Part shown: in pieces, positions 13,471-25,960 of the stretch
How the letters are laid out: each line of letters starts with the position of its first letter
Position numbering within the stretch: position 1 is the stretch's first letter
Source: Marsupella aquatica
Taxonomy: Eukaryota; Plantae; Marchantiophyta
Reading direction: 5' to 3'
Length of the DNA stretch: 64,000 nt
NCBI GenBank assembly: GCA_973895155.1
Contig: OZ316892.1
Location: forward strand, 8,167,251-8,231,250
Position numbers and translations under genes: made by a program
Notes under the pieces: model-generated
Databases searched by the model: none
The model's input: the letters and a program-made list of their open reading frames with translations, nothing else
Told to the model about the DNA's origin: nothing

Positions 13471-13925
13471 CTGTCTATTTGTTTTACCACATGGATATGA
13501 ACGCATTACGTCCAATACACAAAGGTATGGCTTATTTCAGTAATTTGGGAAAGATTGTACGTGAAAACATGCATGTGCATACATAATGGTGCTTATCCCA
13601 TCGAACATAAGTCAGTTGGAAACTATTTAGAGTCATACGTGATGGATTGTTTTGCGTGCAATCTTATCAAGATCTTTAATTCTCTTCTATGATTGGGCAG
13701 ACCTGTCTATTCGGTTACCACATGGAATTGAACACATTACGTGCAGGACAAAAATGTATGGCTAATATCAGTAATTGGGAACGTATGTACATATACAAAG
13801 GAATGGTTCAACCTAGGTATTCCTTAGTCTGATGGTGCTTGAACCACAGAACAGAAGTCAGAGGAAACTATGTAGATTCCTGATGGATTGTTTTCGGGAC
13901 AAGCTTATTAAGACGCATTAGATTA
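13441..13925. repeat. Diverged ~235-bp tandem duplication covering the F-box exon splice acceptor
   Basis: ACCTGTCTATT...TTACCACATGGA...CATTACG...GTATGGCT...TCAGTAATT.GG at about 13469 and 13701. GATGGATTGTTTT at about 13641 and 13882. Confidence 0.75.
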
Positions 13926-16192
13926 TGTCCCACGTCAAAATTTTAGGAAGAGGCCCGAGGGGCATTGCAGAGGTCCTATGACAAAATTTACAGAGTTGAT
14001 TCTGCAGGCCCAAGATACCCGCCACGATCCCGCCCATTATGTTCCAAGTCGAAGTTTTGTGCGAGACTGAGGGGCATTGTGGAGGTCCTTTTTATATCAA
14101 AATTATTTTATGAAGTACGCCATCTTAGAACATCCAAAGTTGATTATGCTGGAAAATTAATGTAATTGAAAACCACAGCTAGGATCGAGGAGGCTGGATG
14201 CTTCTCTGGACGGTTTCAAAGTTAGAGAACTAAGGTAAGTGTGCAAAATGACTTAATTATGAATCATGTTTACAAATCAAATTGATCGAAGATGACTAGA
14301 TGCACACATTGGAGAGGTCCTCTTGACAGTACCTCAAGATTAGTTTGTTGTAAGGTTCCAGACTGAATGTCTTCGATACCTTTGCTTTCCTCACAATTGT
14401 TTGGATTAATGACAGAAACATGCTGGTCTCGGGAATTATGATCAACAAGGGATGATAATCGTAGCGGCGGTTCAGGGTCATTGGTATGTGTTTCCGGATC
14501 ATCATGGCATTCAGCGGGTTGAACAGGTTGGACTTCATTTTGAGGTGGTTCTCTGGTGCGATTAATATTTTTCCTCATCTCGCTCATATGGTGGTAGAAC
14601 GTTCTCGATCGGAGATAGAAGGTACCTCGCATTTTGTTGGGCTATTGTACATACCTGAGTGCCGGTAAACATCTAGGGCTCCATTTTTTAGATTTCCACT
14701 GAAAAATCTGTATCACTGTACAGCCCCCAATTTTATTTTCATCAATCGTCGGTCGACAGCGTTCCTTATTCGCAGCCAAAGTCGGATGTGATACGTTGAT
14801 CTCCGAGCCAATACATTTTGGCAGTGATTAGAGGCAACGACATTGTGACCCAGGGAACTCTGACTTCGAGATGCTCTTATTTCCAAATCATTCTCAAATA
14901 CGTATAGATTTTAACCTTGCAGTCGCCCAGTTCTTTTAATGATGGCTTGAGCCACACAATAGCTGAAAGCACATGAAATAGTGACCACCAGAAGGGTAGT
15001 GTCCCACCGCGTTGGTAACAAAGCCGTCGGGCACCATGATTTTATTGTGGCATTGCAACTAGTACGCTTCGGTTTGGGTTTTGCCATGGTCGGAGTTGCG
15101 AGATGAACTCCCAAAGTACAGTCTTAAGCCTGACCAGCTGCCTGCTAGATTTCTTGAACTAGCAACGAGTGTAATTCGAGCATAAAAGGACGTGCACGGA
15201 AATTATGTTGTTCAAAATTGAGCAATCATGAGTTCCTTCATAATTGGATTGATATGTGTACGTCTTAGGTAGTGGAGATCGATGAAGGTTTGCACCGCCG
15301 TCCACCAGGCTTCTCTGCAAGTGCATCTACAAGAAGTTGATAAGTAGATTCCTGGGATCAATTGTCAATCTGACAGGTACTACCCATGATGAGCAGCGTA
15401 GAGCATGCAAATCTGGTGGCAGATCGAATTAATGATCAATAAGTAATATGACAGTTGACAGACGATAAAATGGAACTCAATATGATGATTAGACTACTGG
15501 AGGAGGGCAATCCATCACGCAGTTCCTACCCAGCATCATGATCCCGATTATATTACCCTGACTCCTGGAATAAAGCATAAACCCATACACCGTCTAGACA
15601 GAATACTTTTGACAATCATACAATTTTCATGTGTGACCGTGCAGCCGGCCGGCAGGTCCACAATTGAACCTCAACGACACCGCTCCACCGGTGATCAAAA
15701 CCCATGATTTCATCACGAGTTCAAATCGACAGTTCTGCATTGGGGATCGTTTCCCACCCCTGTAGCCTACAGTGGTTCTTGTGTATCAACAAAGTACTAC
15801 AAACTATAGAACTCCATACGATGCAGCCGTTTCATAAGAGAGTTCCAATTTTAGAGGGCACCCACATTGACTTACATTCGACTGAGGGCTCGCGTGCGAC
15901 GGATGTGGAGAGGGACGAATCTCCGAGATAGATTTGTTCGAAGGTCTCCCTCTTTCCAACGTTTGTTTGGCCACCGACTAAAGTACGTTACGTAATGATA
16001 TGATATGATATTATGCCTTCGATCGCGTCCTTTCTCGACGCTCTCGCACCTCTTCGAGTGGCTTAAACGTACTTGTCGAGACAGTTTCCAAAACGTGGGT
16101 CAATTTTAGGAAAAGGACTACACTGTGGGGTTTGGAAGAAAATGCATACTTCTGTGCTTACTTTAGCGTTTTTCATTTACATATAATCTGAT

Positions 16193-16359
16193 ATGTAAAT
16201 ATGATATTTACATGTATTAAACACCATATTTTACATGGTTGTGTTAGTCCGGGAAAGCTGGGTGTTAAGAGTACCCATGTAAATATGATATTTACATGTA
16301 TTTTACACTTATTTTACATAGGTATGTTAGTCCGGGAAAGCTGGGTGATAAGAGTACCC
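16193..16359. repeat. 84-bp tandem duplication, each unit opening with a palindrome
   Basis: ATGTAAATATGATATTTACAT...GTTAGTCCGGGAAAGCTGGGTG.TAAGAGTACCC starts at 16193 and 16277. Confidence 0.9.
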
Positions 16360-16541
16360 TCGTTTATTGTTTACGGTGCACAGTTATAATCACAATTCTT
16401 TTGCATCGTGAATATATGAAAGCCATCTTCCAACAGAGATATGGCCGGCCCGTTCTGGAACATCATTTGCTAGTTTTGTCTTGAAGCATAATGAGACTGT
16501 CTCCCAACTCTGTTCCCTTGTTTACTAACGGCTACCCTCTT

Positions 16542-16604
16542 TTCAAAACCTTTCAATCTAGACGCATCTACGGTTCAAAACCTTTCAATCTAGACACATC
16601 TACG
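16542..16604. repeat. 32-bp tandem duplication
   Basis: TTCAAAACCTTTCAATCTAGACRCATCTACG occurs twice. Confidence 0.85.
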
Positions 16605-19107
16605 AATTCAAGATCTTCCGCATGAATATCTTGAAGAGATCTTGAAGATTCTCAAGAGTTACCAGACTGCAGGTCACAGGGAGAAAACACGAATATCCAA
16701 GTTAGCATTCATGCACCTCATAGAAAACACAAGCCAAGTTAGCAAGAAAGTAAATTAGCCAAAGAGTTCGGACTTTGCTTGAACTTTTTCCACTAGTATT
16801 GTTTCTAATTGGTCCTCGCAAAGGAGGTACTTCTTACCATGTCATGAGGAGTTTCTTCAAAGGGCTGAAATCCAAAATCATGTACTCATAGTTTCTTCGT
16901 CTAAAGCCGAAGCAAGATATTCATGCGGAAGATCATCCAGTCAGTTCGCTAAACCTCGGGTGGTTTGCATTCCTGGGATAGGAAGCCCTTAGGAGCCTAG
17001 GAGGGTACCGAACTTTACTTTCCACAATATCTTTCGCTGGAATACAGGCTGCGGTTTAGGGTATACCGCAGGTAGTTTAGAAGCAGAATACCTTAGAAGC
17101 AGAATTGGGGCAATACAGGGAAGAAAAGAAGTAGTCGTCCTCAGGCAAGGGTTACCCTCCACAAGACTAGACAACGTTATTACTAAAGCAGATATAGTGC
17201 AATGTAGCAACAGAGCACTCCCAAGGGATTAGGCACAACACATACATCTTGCCAGGCTCACGACATACATAGCGAACCTCATGCAAAGGAATACATCGAT
17301 AATCTCCCAATTCAGCTCGTTAGATAGACAAGATTCACGAGGATCTGTACACAATGGATGCAGGCAAAAGTATTGCAGGTCATTTGAGACAAAAATTTGA
17401 ATCATATAGTACATGCATGCATCATCCGTGAAACTTCTCGATGGTAGCTGAAAAATGGGACGTACTGTGCGCGTATACAGATACACGAACCACTGAAAAT
17501 AATCAGATACTGTACATGAACTACTGAACCCTGAACCCTTGGTAGACAAGCTGGATCAGGTAGATGAACAGTGCTCTCAATTGTTCAATAGTTCATATAT
17601 CCGATTCGGCATGTCAACCAAGGGTTCCCTATCCCAATCAATCCGTGTCTATAGTACCTCAATAACTCTCAGAAAGTATGCAAGACCTTCCGACCAAGTC
17701 CCGAAGCTTGCTTGTTCGTTGGTCTCACCAATAACTTTCAATTCGTCTGCCAACAATAGCCATCTGAGTTCAGCCAATGTCGAGGTCCAGAATTGATGAC
17801 TTTGACTAGATATTGGAGGATGTATATTAAAATTCAAGGATAAAAACTTGATCCAAACTCATAACAGTTTTGTGGACGGTTAGCTACTTGCTACTTGCTA
17901 CTTGCTATTGAGTTTCAACTAACATCCTATTTGAGATGCTTCTCTAACCTTCAGAATAATCTGAATGCTTCAATAGGTTAAGAAAATAAAGAAGCGGTAA
18001 CGTCAGTAACTCACATGATCTTGGAATAGAAGATGATGCAAAACATTTTTCCACTCGCGTCATATTCTGCTCCTGGATCTGCAGGATAACTGGGAAGCGG
18101 GTACACGATAAAGTCAACAGGGATGCATTGTCTGTTCTCTTTAGACAACAGACACTTGTCTTTGAAGCGTATTCACTGGGGACAGACAGTTGTTTCTCCG
18201 GATGACGTTCAGTTGCGCGTATACAAAACTACAGACATGGACGAATGACCAAATGATCACCGTCCTATTATCGCAGATCATGCAGATCAAGACGATACAG
18301 GGTCGTTACTTTCATAAAGATTGAATGGAGTGCCGTTCTCCTCATATAAAGAGGATTTGCGTGTGGCGCATTTAGCTCTCGTTATCGCCGCGACTGTAGG
18401 GATAGATGCCGAAGGCCTATGCCTGTTTTCTGTCTTGCCACCGAGGAGACTTGCAAAATATGCTGGTGATATTACTTGGTGGCATGCATTTCTACTCCAC
18501 CATGCCTACGAGATTAGTGTATCGTAGTTAGCTATATCCCTCCAAAACTTTGCCAAACGATTTTATTTTCTTCAATTGAGCTGCTAATCCCTCTTAATTT
18601 CAAGGATTTCATCGGGATGAGGCCCAGACTTAAGTGGCAATTTTTAACAAGACTCGCACCAATGAGAGTGTCAATTTGTACCACACGCCGTACTTCAATT
18701 TCTGTTGAATATAGCTTTCCATTTGTCCTACTTTTGGCCATTGACGGCGATAATGCCTCCATCCCTTGTCCTTCTTTGCTGATCTGAGCAATTTAAAAGT
18801 TCATTGCTTCATTCATTATTCTCTTACTTTGAATCATTCTTCAATCAGAGGCTCTCTAGACCAAAACCAAAGAGCATTGCGCAGGATAAATACCAATAAC
18901 ACGGCAGAAAAGAGACAGAATGTAACAGGTGCAATACAAAATTCCAAATGTCGAAGTGCAAGATTCGAAGGAGTCAAACTCACCAGTGGTCGGGCACAGA
19001 CCCTGTTGCGTACAGATCACTTTGAAGCATCACAGTCGCAGACTAGGAATCCCGGTTCCAACACCAAAAGTACTACGGCAGACTCTGACAAGAGACCGTC
19101 TGCTTCG

Positions 19108-21369
19108 CTACGATAGCATTGAAAAAAGCTCTTCATCAACTAGTGCTCCCGACTTCAAGGCACAATCCAACGGAGTCTTGCCCCAGCCGTCCACTGCCGA
19201 AGCAACCGCTCCCCGCATTATTAACAATTTCGCACAGAAGTACTTGCCATGTGTAACAGAATGATGCAGGGGGCTTCTCCCATATCCATCGCGCACATTC
19301 ACTTTCGCGCCATGCTGCAGAAGCAGCTCCACCATAGCCGGATCCCCAATTTGGCACGCCACATGTAGCAACGTGCACCCTAGCAAGCTCTCCTCAAAGT
19401 CCATCTTTCCGTTCGTGCCTTCTATCGGCGGAGGGGACCGTCGTGATTCACTCCCGCTCCGGACCAACCCCATGGCCTGCTCATAAGTCGTGCTGGGGTC
19501 ACCAGAGTCATTAATAAATAGCCGGAGAGCCACCTCCTTCTTGCTCGCCTGAACAGCATTCCAGATCCTGCAGGCTATGGACGTCCTCTGAGGGGACATG
19601 CCCCCAACCGATCGAAGGAAGCGTCTGTCCACATATTTCAAGTGTATGAACCTCTCCTTCAGGACAATCGGATCTGTCGGCATTGGTTTCGACAACAATT
19701 CCTTTTGCTCCAAGTGGACACTCGGCCGCCTGTCGAACCTCGGAGTCCCGGGGGTCGCAGCTAGCTTTTCCTCCCAAATTGAGTTCGCGACGGCATTGCC
19801 GACGGAGAGGAAGTACGCTATCACGGACGGCTCCCATACCTTCACGTCGAGTGTCAGAGACCGCATTTTCGAAATTTGTACGCCGAGGTTGCGGTGAATT
19901 CCCGCACACTCAATGCAGAGGAGGATGCCCAGATTGAGAGAGCCCCAGTCGGGGTCGGGGGAGCCACAGTCGGCGCATACCTCGTTCCCGGGGATGGCAC
20001 GAAGGATATCTATGGGCCGCTCTTGGCGTGGAAAGTAGCGCCCGGCTTCGGAGCTTTGCCGCCGTGAGGAACTTCCGAGTGTGCTTGCCGTGTCTTCAAG
20101 AGAGGACTGGTCGTGGTCCAGAGCGAAGCTGCTTGAGCAGCTGGTCATGGGCCTATCTTCCGTAATTTGAGAGTTCAACAGGGAGGCAATCACGGCGGTA
20201 ATCTTGTCGATCCAATCCATTCTGTCGAGCGCATTTTCGGCTTGCAAAGTGTAACTCTTCAAGGGGGAGATGATGCGGAAACAGAATCGTAAATCCGTCT
20301 GCTCGGCGTCCATTTTGATGGTCGACGTGAGAAGATTGACAGTGTGGTGGGCAATAGTCTTCTCGTCCGTCGGCTTGCCCCACTGCTTCCGATAATAGTA
20401 CAGTTTGCCAAAGCTATCTAACACGAAGAACCTCCTTTTCCAATCCCCCCGCAAGTTGGTCGAGCGTTTCAAAAGATAACCCTGCTTAATCGTTTGCACC
20501 CTCCCCCCGGGGGTGGATTGCATCACTGCCTCGATAACTTTGTGCGAGCTCTTCCCCACGGCCTGAATTCCGTCCCCCGAAGTCGAAACCTCTGCGCCAC
20601 TGTATGACCTCTGATTTTCCCGCTCCATATTTCTAGTGAACTCCTGCATCCTGTCGGCGAGAGCGGCCTGCTCGTAATTTGCCCTCTGCCTCGACTGCTG
20701 GGCGTACGTCAGAACCTGATGAATGTAAGGCTCCATTTGATGTAACAGCTCGTAGCCCTGCTTGAAATACCGGAAATGGGCGTCCATGCATTCACTGACG
20801 GCTTCGAGGAACTCGAATTTCTTCTTGGCCTCGAGGTTAGAGAGCGCGGAAACGAGATTGAATCGCGCTTGCTCGAACGCGCTTCTGGCATTTCGGAGGT
20901 CGTCCTCCGCATCGGCAACGACGTCATGTTTGGCATCTTTACGAAGGTTGAGGAATCGGACTCGCACCTGGTCGTAGTGGAGGCTCGACTTCTCGAATCG
21001 CTTACGGAGTTCTTTGACGTCTTGAAGATCTTGGTTGACGAATTGGGTGAGGCGGTCCTCGAGCGTTTGCTCTACCTGAGATCGGAGGACCTCTTTGTAG
21101 GTACCGATCTCGCGTAATGCGATGGTGAACTTCGTCATGACAGGACCGCCGACCGCGATGCTGATGGGGTCGTCCAGCCCCCCGCCGAAGCATTCCAGGG
21201 CGTTGGCGAAGGCAATATCCCCATCGTACGCTTCGCCGAGCTCTTCCGTGTATTTCCGGCAGCCCTTGTGAAATTTCTGGCATCGCTCCCTGAGAGCCTC
21301 GGCAGTCTCTTCCAGAGCCAAGATCTGCTTCCTGAACATAGGCGAATCATCTAGCTTGGAAAACTGCAT
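19108..21369 (-). CDS. AGD3: ARF GTPase-activating protein of BAR-PH-ArfGAP-ankyrin type (AGD1-4 / VAN3-SFC family); single-exon CDS; an in-frame upstream ATG at 21489 could add 40 aa
   Basis: Uninterrupted ORF with the family start MQFSKLDDSPMFRKQ, a BAR region, a PH domain (IKQGYLLKRSTNLRGDWKRRFFVLDS), the ArfGAP zinc finger CADCGSPDPDWGSLNLGILLCIECAGIHR (CX2CX16CX2CX4R) and ankyrin repeats (GCTLLHVAC, GRSPLHH, GKTPL). The symbol is a family-level assignment; exact orthology is untested. Confidence 0.95.
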   Translation of the reverse strand: MQFSKLDDSPMFRKQILALEETAEALRERCQKFHKGCRKYTEELGEAYDGDIAFANALECFGGGLDDPISIAVGGPVMTKFTIALREIGTYKEVLRSQVEQTLEDRLTQFVNQDLQDVKELRKRFEKSSLHYDQVRVRFLNLRKDAKHDVVADAEDDLRNARSAFEQARFNLVSALSNLEAKKKFEFLEAVSECMDAHFRYFKQGYELLHQMEPYIHQVLTYAQQSRQRANYEQAALADRMQEFTRNMERENQRSYSGAEVSTSGDGIQAVGKSSHKVIEAVMQSTPGGRVQTIKQGYLLKRSTNLRGDWKRRFFVLDSFGKLYYYRKQWGKPTDEKTIAHHTVNLLTSTIKMDAEQTDLRFCFRIISPLKSYTLQAENALDRMDWIDKITAVIASLLNSQITEDRPMTSCSSSFALDHDQSSLEDTASTLGSSSRRQSSEAGRYFPRQERPIDILRAIPGNEVCADCGSPDPDWGSLNLGILLCIECAGIHRNLGVQISKMRSLTLDVKVWEPSVIAYFLSVGNAVANSIWEEKLAATPGTPRFDRRPSVHLEQKELLSKPMPTDPIVLKERFIHLKYVDRRFLRSVGGMSPQRTSIACRIWNAVQASKKEVALRLFINDSGDPSTTYEQAMGLVRSGSESRRSPPPIEGTNGKMDFEESLLGCTLLHVACQIGDPAMVELLLQHGAKVNVRDGYGRSPLHHSVTHGKYFCAKLLIMRGAVASAVDGWGKTPLDCALKSGALVDEELFSMLS

Positions 21370-24300
21370 GTCCGCCCCCAGTCCTCCTCCTCCTCCACTT
21401 CTCGGACTCTTCGAATTGGACTTGAGATCTCTTTTCGAGTCTGAGAGAACGGCGGCGTGGTGATCCCACCGAAAGCCCACCGTACACATTATTAGAGGTG
21501 GAAGCTGTTATTCAAAACCCTACGGGTTCTCAAACTTCGCATCCGCTGCTCCCTTACGAACTCACCCTACAAACTTTACTCCTTTCCAAAACCCTTCCAC
21601 CCCGAAAAATCCTCGTCGCATCCAACAGCCAGCGAGCTAATCTCCCATCATCCGATCGCAGATTACCATCGCAGCAGTAAGAACCTGGCGTGAACGGTCG
21701 GGAATTGGCTGAAACTTCCAAGGATAGTAGAATCAATGTGGAGTAAAACCTCTGTAGAAAGGACAATAACTTTACTCAGCGCACCCTAAACCACGAGAGG
21801 TCAAAAACTATCTCCTCTCAAACGTCTTTTTGCCTCGTCAGCTAGATGCCAAACGTGTGTCAGTGACAGACTCGAAAATCTCACAGCCCCACCTTCACCA
21901 GGAGAGGACAATTACCGCCTCCCTTATCTATCTATCTACTTTGTTCTTCGTTTTTGCCTTGAAAAAACTCATTGAGATTCATCCAAAAAGCCAGCATACA
22001 ACATGGGTGGCCCACAACAGGGGGTCAGCACACCAGAGGTTGGGGAGTCAAGGGGACCGGAGAGGCCGGTACCAGGCAGTCAGGGAGCCAAACAAGACAT
22101 TCAACTACTGCAGAAGGAGCTCCTTCTGGTTTGTTCTTCTTTCCCTGTGATTGCTCCAGATGAATGGACATGCCATTCATTCCATTTCTAGCACAACCTC
22201 GAAAGGCTACAAATCCACAGATGGCAAAATTCATTCATTCACGATAGAGAGGAAACCGAAGAACTGATGAACCGCCTGTCTGCCAGGCTGGTCCAAAGTT
22301 TAGCACCGGCAACACAGTAGAGTACACTGCTGTGTACTATTCACCCAACCTACCGACATTTCATTAATAATAGTTTGCACGCGGTGGAGACCAAAATCAC
22401 CAAATACCTCTCTCAGGTTGAATGATGATGATGTAAGCGGAAAGACCAAAGAAGCAAAAGCAGGAGAAGAAAGGAAATGAAGATCATGATGGACAAGCGA
22501 ATAAAGAACATGATGAAGAAATTAAGATCTAACAGATCAAAGGAAGTACAAGAAGAAGCAGGATATAATTCTCATACCAGAATCAAGACGCCACAGATGT
22601 CACGAAAAACTGCAGTCGAAAATCACAACATTAGCCACAGACACCTCCAGAGCTCACTAAAGATCGCGGCAAATGCTGATACGAGACTCAAATCGCATCC
22701 GAACCGGGTCCATGACTCGAGATCCAGTCCAAACCAGAAAACGAGCAGCAACCGAACTCGACCGGCGCAGCGCCTAAATGATGATCCGTAGTCGTCGTCG
22801 TCGTCATTCCAATCCAGACCACGCCCTTGGTTCGCACCTCGAAAACGAATCGCCTGATATTAATTAACCTCCCAATGCGCACACAGCTCCTCCGCCTCCT
22901 CCGCTACCGCCACCACAACCAGCTCACCTGCTTCAACAGTTTCCACCGTTTCTCGATCAATCGATCCAGCTCCCCATCAAATCGACCAGTAGTGCAAACG
23001 AAGGCACATCTACTTTTCCGCCGAATCGCCAAATCACCTAAAAGCTTCACGAAATGACAAAAGCAAAAGCTATCCACACTCCGCCCAAAGACAACGATAA
23101 AAACTCCCCGGGCCGCGTAGGCTTTGGACTAGACCAAACGACATTGATCGACGTAGACTAACAGTCTACCCTATACTACACTAGTCTAGACTCCACTCCT
23201 TCAGTACAATCACAACCGAAAATGCACGGAAAGTACCGAGGAGAGCAAATTACTGCGGTACTGTTGGTTTGTGGGCAGCACGAAGAAGATGCTTAGCTCG
23301 AAGAAAAAGGCAACAGACGAATCGAATCGATCGATCGAAAAAATTCATCGATCAACGAGGGAAAGTGGAGGCCAACACACATGCACTGCAGCTCATAGTG
23401 ACATAGTCTCATACGGATCGATTTCACTTTGTCAAAACGGAGTTTGCGGATATCCTGATCGAATCACATGCGTGCACTCCACCACGGCAATTAATTAATG
23501 GCCTGGACCGCACGCGACGAATTGGAGTGACAGTTTGACACTTTCTTCAGATTGCCGCTTCTTTTCATGGATAAAGCGAACGTCCACTAACAAGTAACTT
23601 ATTCTTACCATCGCGAGCGAGCAACTGGGTTTTTACTCTAGCTAAATATGGAACGCCTTGCTGTTGTCTTCCTAACCTATCTATCCCGAAAGAAGACGAT
23701 GGCGATGATGACGATGATGGCGATTATGTAGCGATGACGCGGACGAATTTGGCGGTGTTTCGCCGTTAATACAGTAAAGTTATCGGCGTCCGCTAGATTA
23801 TCCACCAACCAAGCGTGCTCCCAGTCTGCCACAGTGCCACTGGATGAGGATCACTCGGTGATGAGGATCACTCGGTATAGTGCTCCACGATCGGATTCAC
23901 ATTACGGCGTCTCAGAGGTTCGACGTTGTGGATGAGTACTTTTGACCATATATAAATGGTCATAGCACTTTCCCAAGGTTATGCAAAAAAGAAAATTGGT
24001 TTTTCTTTTTACTACCCAATACAATGATTTGTGGTCATGACATATGACCAATCTTTATGGCAAAAAGTTGTATCATGAATTTTACATTTCATAGCTTTTC
24101 ATGTTCCTTAACTAAAAGTTAAATTCCATCAGATTTTGAGCTTTTGGTTAGTTAGTGCGAAGGGTTGTTCTTGATTGTAGAATAGGTCTCAATATTGTTG
24201 ACCACACTTTTTTGAGGGGCATTCTAATGGGACTCCCCCACTCAGTCAGGGACACAACTACTTAGGGCACACAATTTTGAAATGAAACAATCTTACTTGC

Positions 24301-24800
24301 CTCTGGTAGCATCAATGCCCATGCCCACATCAAATTAAGTGAACAACGCAGCAAGGGTCACTGGATCACAAGAAATCCCACAGGCAGCTGGTGTGGACCA
24401 CTCTCGTGTGCACTCTTCCCTTGTTAGCCTGCACCCAAGAACTTGTTTCTAGGGCGGCCAAAAACTAGGCCTTCACAAATATAGCGACCCATGTTTGTTC
24501 TGGCGGCTGTTTCAGCTCTGGTTTCCCTGAGCCTTCATGGCACTTAGTGGATTCAGACCTGTGTTGAAGGTGTTTTCATGGCTCTAAAGTTATGGCCAAT
24601 GTATTGGCCTCTTGGTTTGCATTCCCAATACCACCTCTCTGTTTGTCTCTGACCTGGAAGCCTAGGATTTAGGCTAAAACTGGCCCACTCATTTTGGTAT
24701 GGGTGACGTTGTGTTAGAGTTAACCTCTCTTCATCGAACTAGAGTGCCTGACATATAGAGGGGCAAGGGAGAGCTCCTAGATTGCTAGCTTAGCTCCTTG

Positions 24801-24887
24801 ACAAGATCCAAGATTGCTAGCATAGTTCCTAGTTTGCTCCTCCAGTTGGAGCAAAATAGGAGCTAATCTTGCAATCTCGGAGCTTGT
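24801..24887. repeat. Imperfect 40-bp inverted repeat with a 7-nt loop
   Basis: Left arm ACAAGATCCAAGATTGCTAGCATAGTTCCTAGTTTGCTCC versus the reverse complement of the right arm, ACAAGCTCCGAGATTGCAAGATTAGCTCCTATTTTGCTCC: 33/40 match. Confidence 0.85.
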
Positions 24888-25689
24888 ACTTGGAGGCTTG
24901 GTGTGGGTCTATGACCAAAACATAACAAAGCCTTGGCATTCTTGTGGAGGTAGCCTTGACTAAGGATATCTACATATCTCTTGTGTCAATGGGTGCATGC
25001 CTGCTGGTCTCCCGTGTGTGACGTTATTGAAATTCTGTACCGACTGCTGGTCCAGTAGTTCTTGTAAAGGCTAAAAGGCCCCCTCAAAACTTCCCAGTTA
25101 CAACAAGTGATGATTTTTTTGCCATCTGAGATTTACTTGGTTGACACTCTTTTCTGTCTAGTACATACTTTCTCACTTTTTCAATTTTGTCCCGAACTCT
25201 GCCTTGGAATAAAATAAAAGGCAATATACACCAGTTGTCAACTCCACCATCCTCGGGAAGCAGGGAAACAGATTGCAGCACATACGGTTGTCAAACAAGA
25301 TGTGCTTTTTCCTTATCATAGTTCTCCAACAAGATCTGCTTTTTCCCAGTCATTTAATTAAGGAGTACTGAGGGCTGCATTGTTGAATGCTACTACATGC
25401 GAGTTGGCTGTAAAGAGAAATGGGTTCGGCTGGTTTCTCCACTTGTCACCATGAGAAATTTTTGATTAATTATATTTGGTATTGCCTGTTCTTGAGTTGA
25501 CCATGTCGTTGTCACTGTTAGAATCTAGCAAGAAATTTGCATGGAAAAATATAGAAAACAAATTCATTAAGAACCTTCAGTGAAGCACATGCGGCAGCTT
25601 CTTTAGCAGGCAAAGAATTGGCCTCCATGACTGCCACCCATGTGCTTCGTCTCCAGCTAGAGTCATTGTTGGACAACCAAACAGTTAAA

Positions 25690-25960
25690 TAACAGAAATA
25701 AGCTTCAAGCTTTCCATACAACATTCACAATAGGAATAACAAGGAGTAGGACAGAGTATGGGTTGTTACATGTGGGTCCTTGTCCCCTGGCACTTCTGTG
25801 GCCCTCTACTACTTGTTGAAGTTCCTTTTCCTTTTTGTTCTTTTCAATAGAATTCATGGTTTCTGGGCCCAAGGCCTTGACAGAGTTTATGTTACGGTTC
25901 CTTGGGAATTCATTTATAATAACCCCTTGAGTCCAGTTCTTAGATGTTCCCCTCTGACCA
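25690..25960 (-). mobile_element. Possible decayed LINE reverse-transcriptase fragment
   Basis: WTQGVII..PRNRNINSVKALGPETMNSIEK loosely follows the non-LTR RT pattern W..G.I.LIPK....K.WRPI.LLN..YK. Very degraded. Confidence 0.3.

Noticed and set aside
23843-23877. 17-bp tandem duplication (also a ~38-bp duplication at about 27876-27950)
   Set aside because: Ordinary slippage-type duplications with no further structure.
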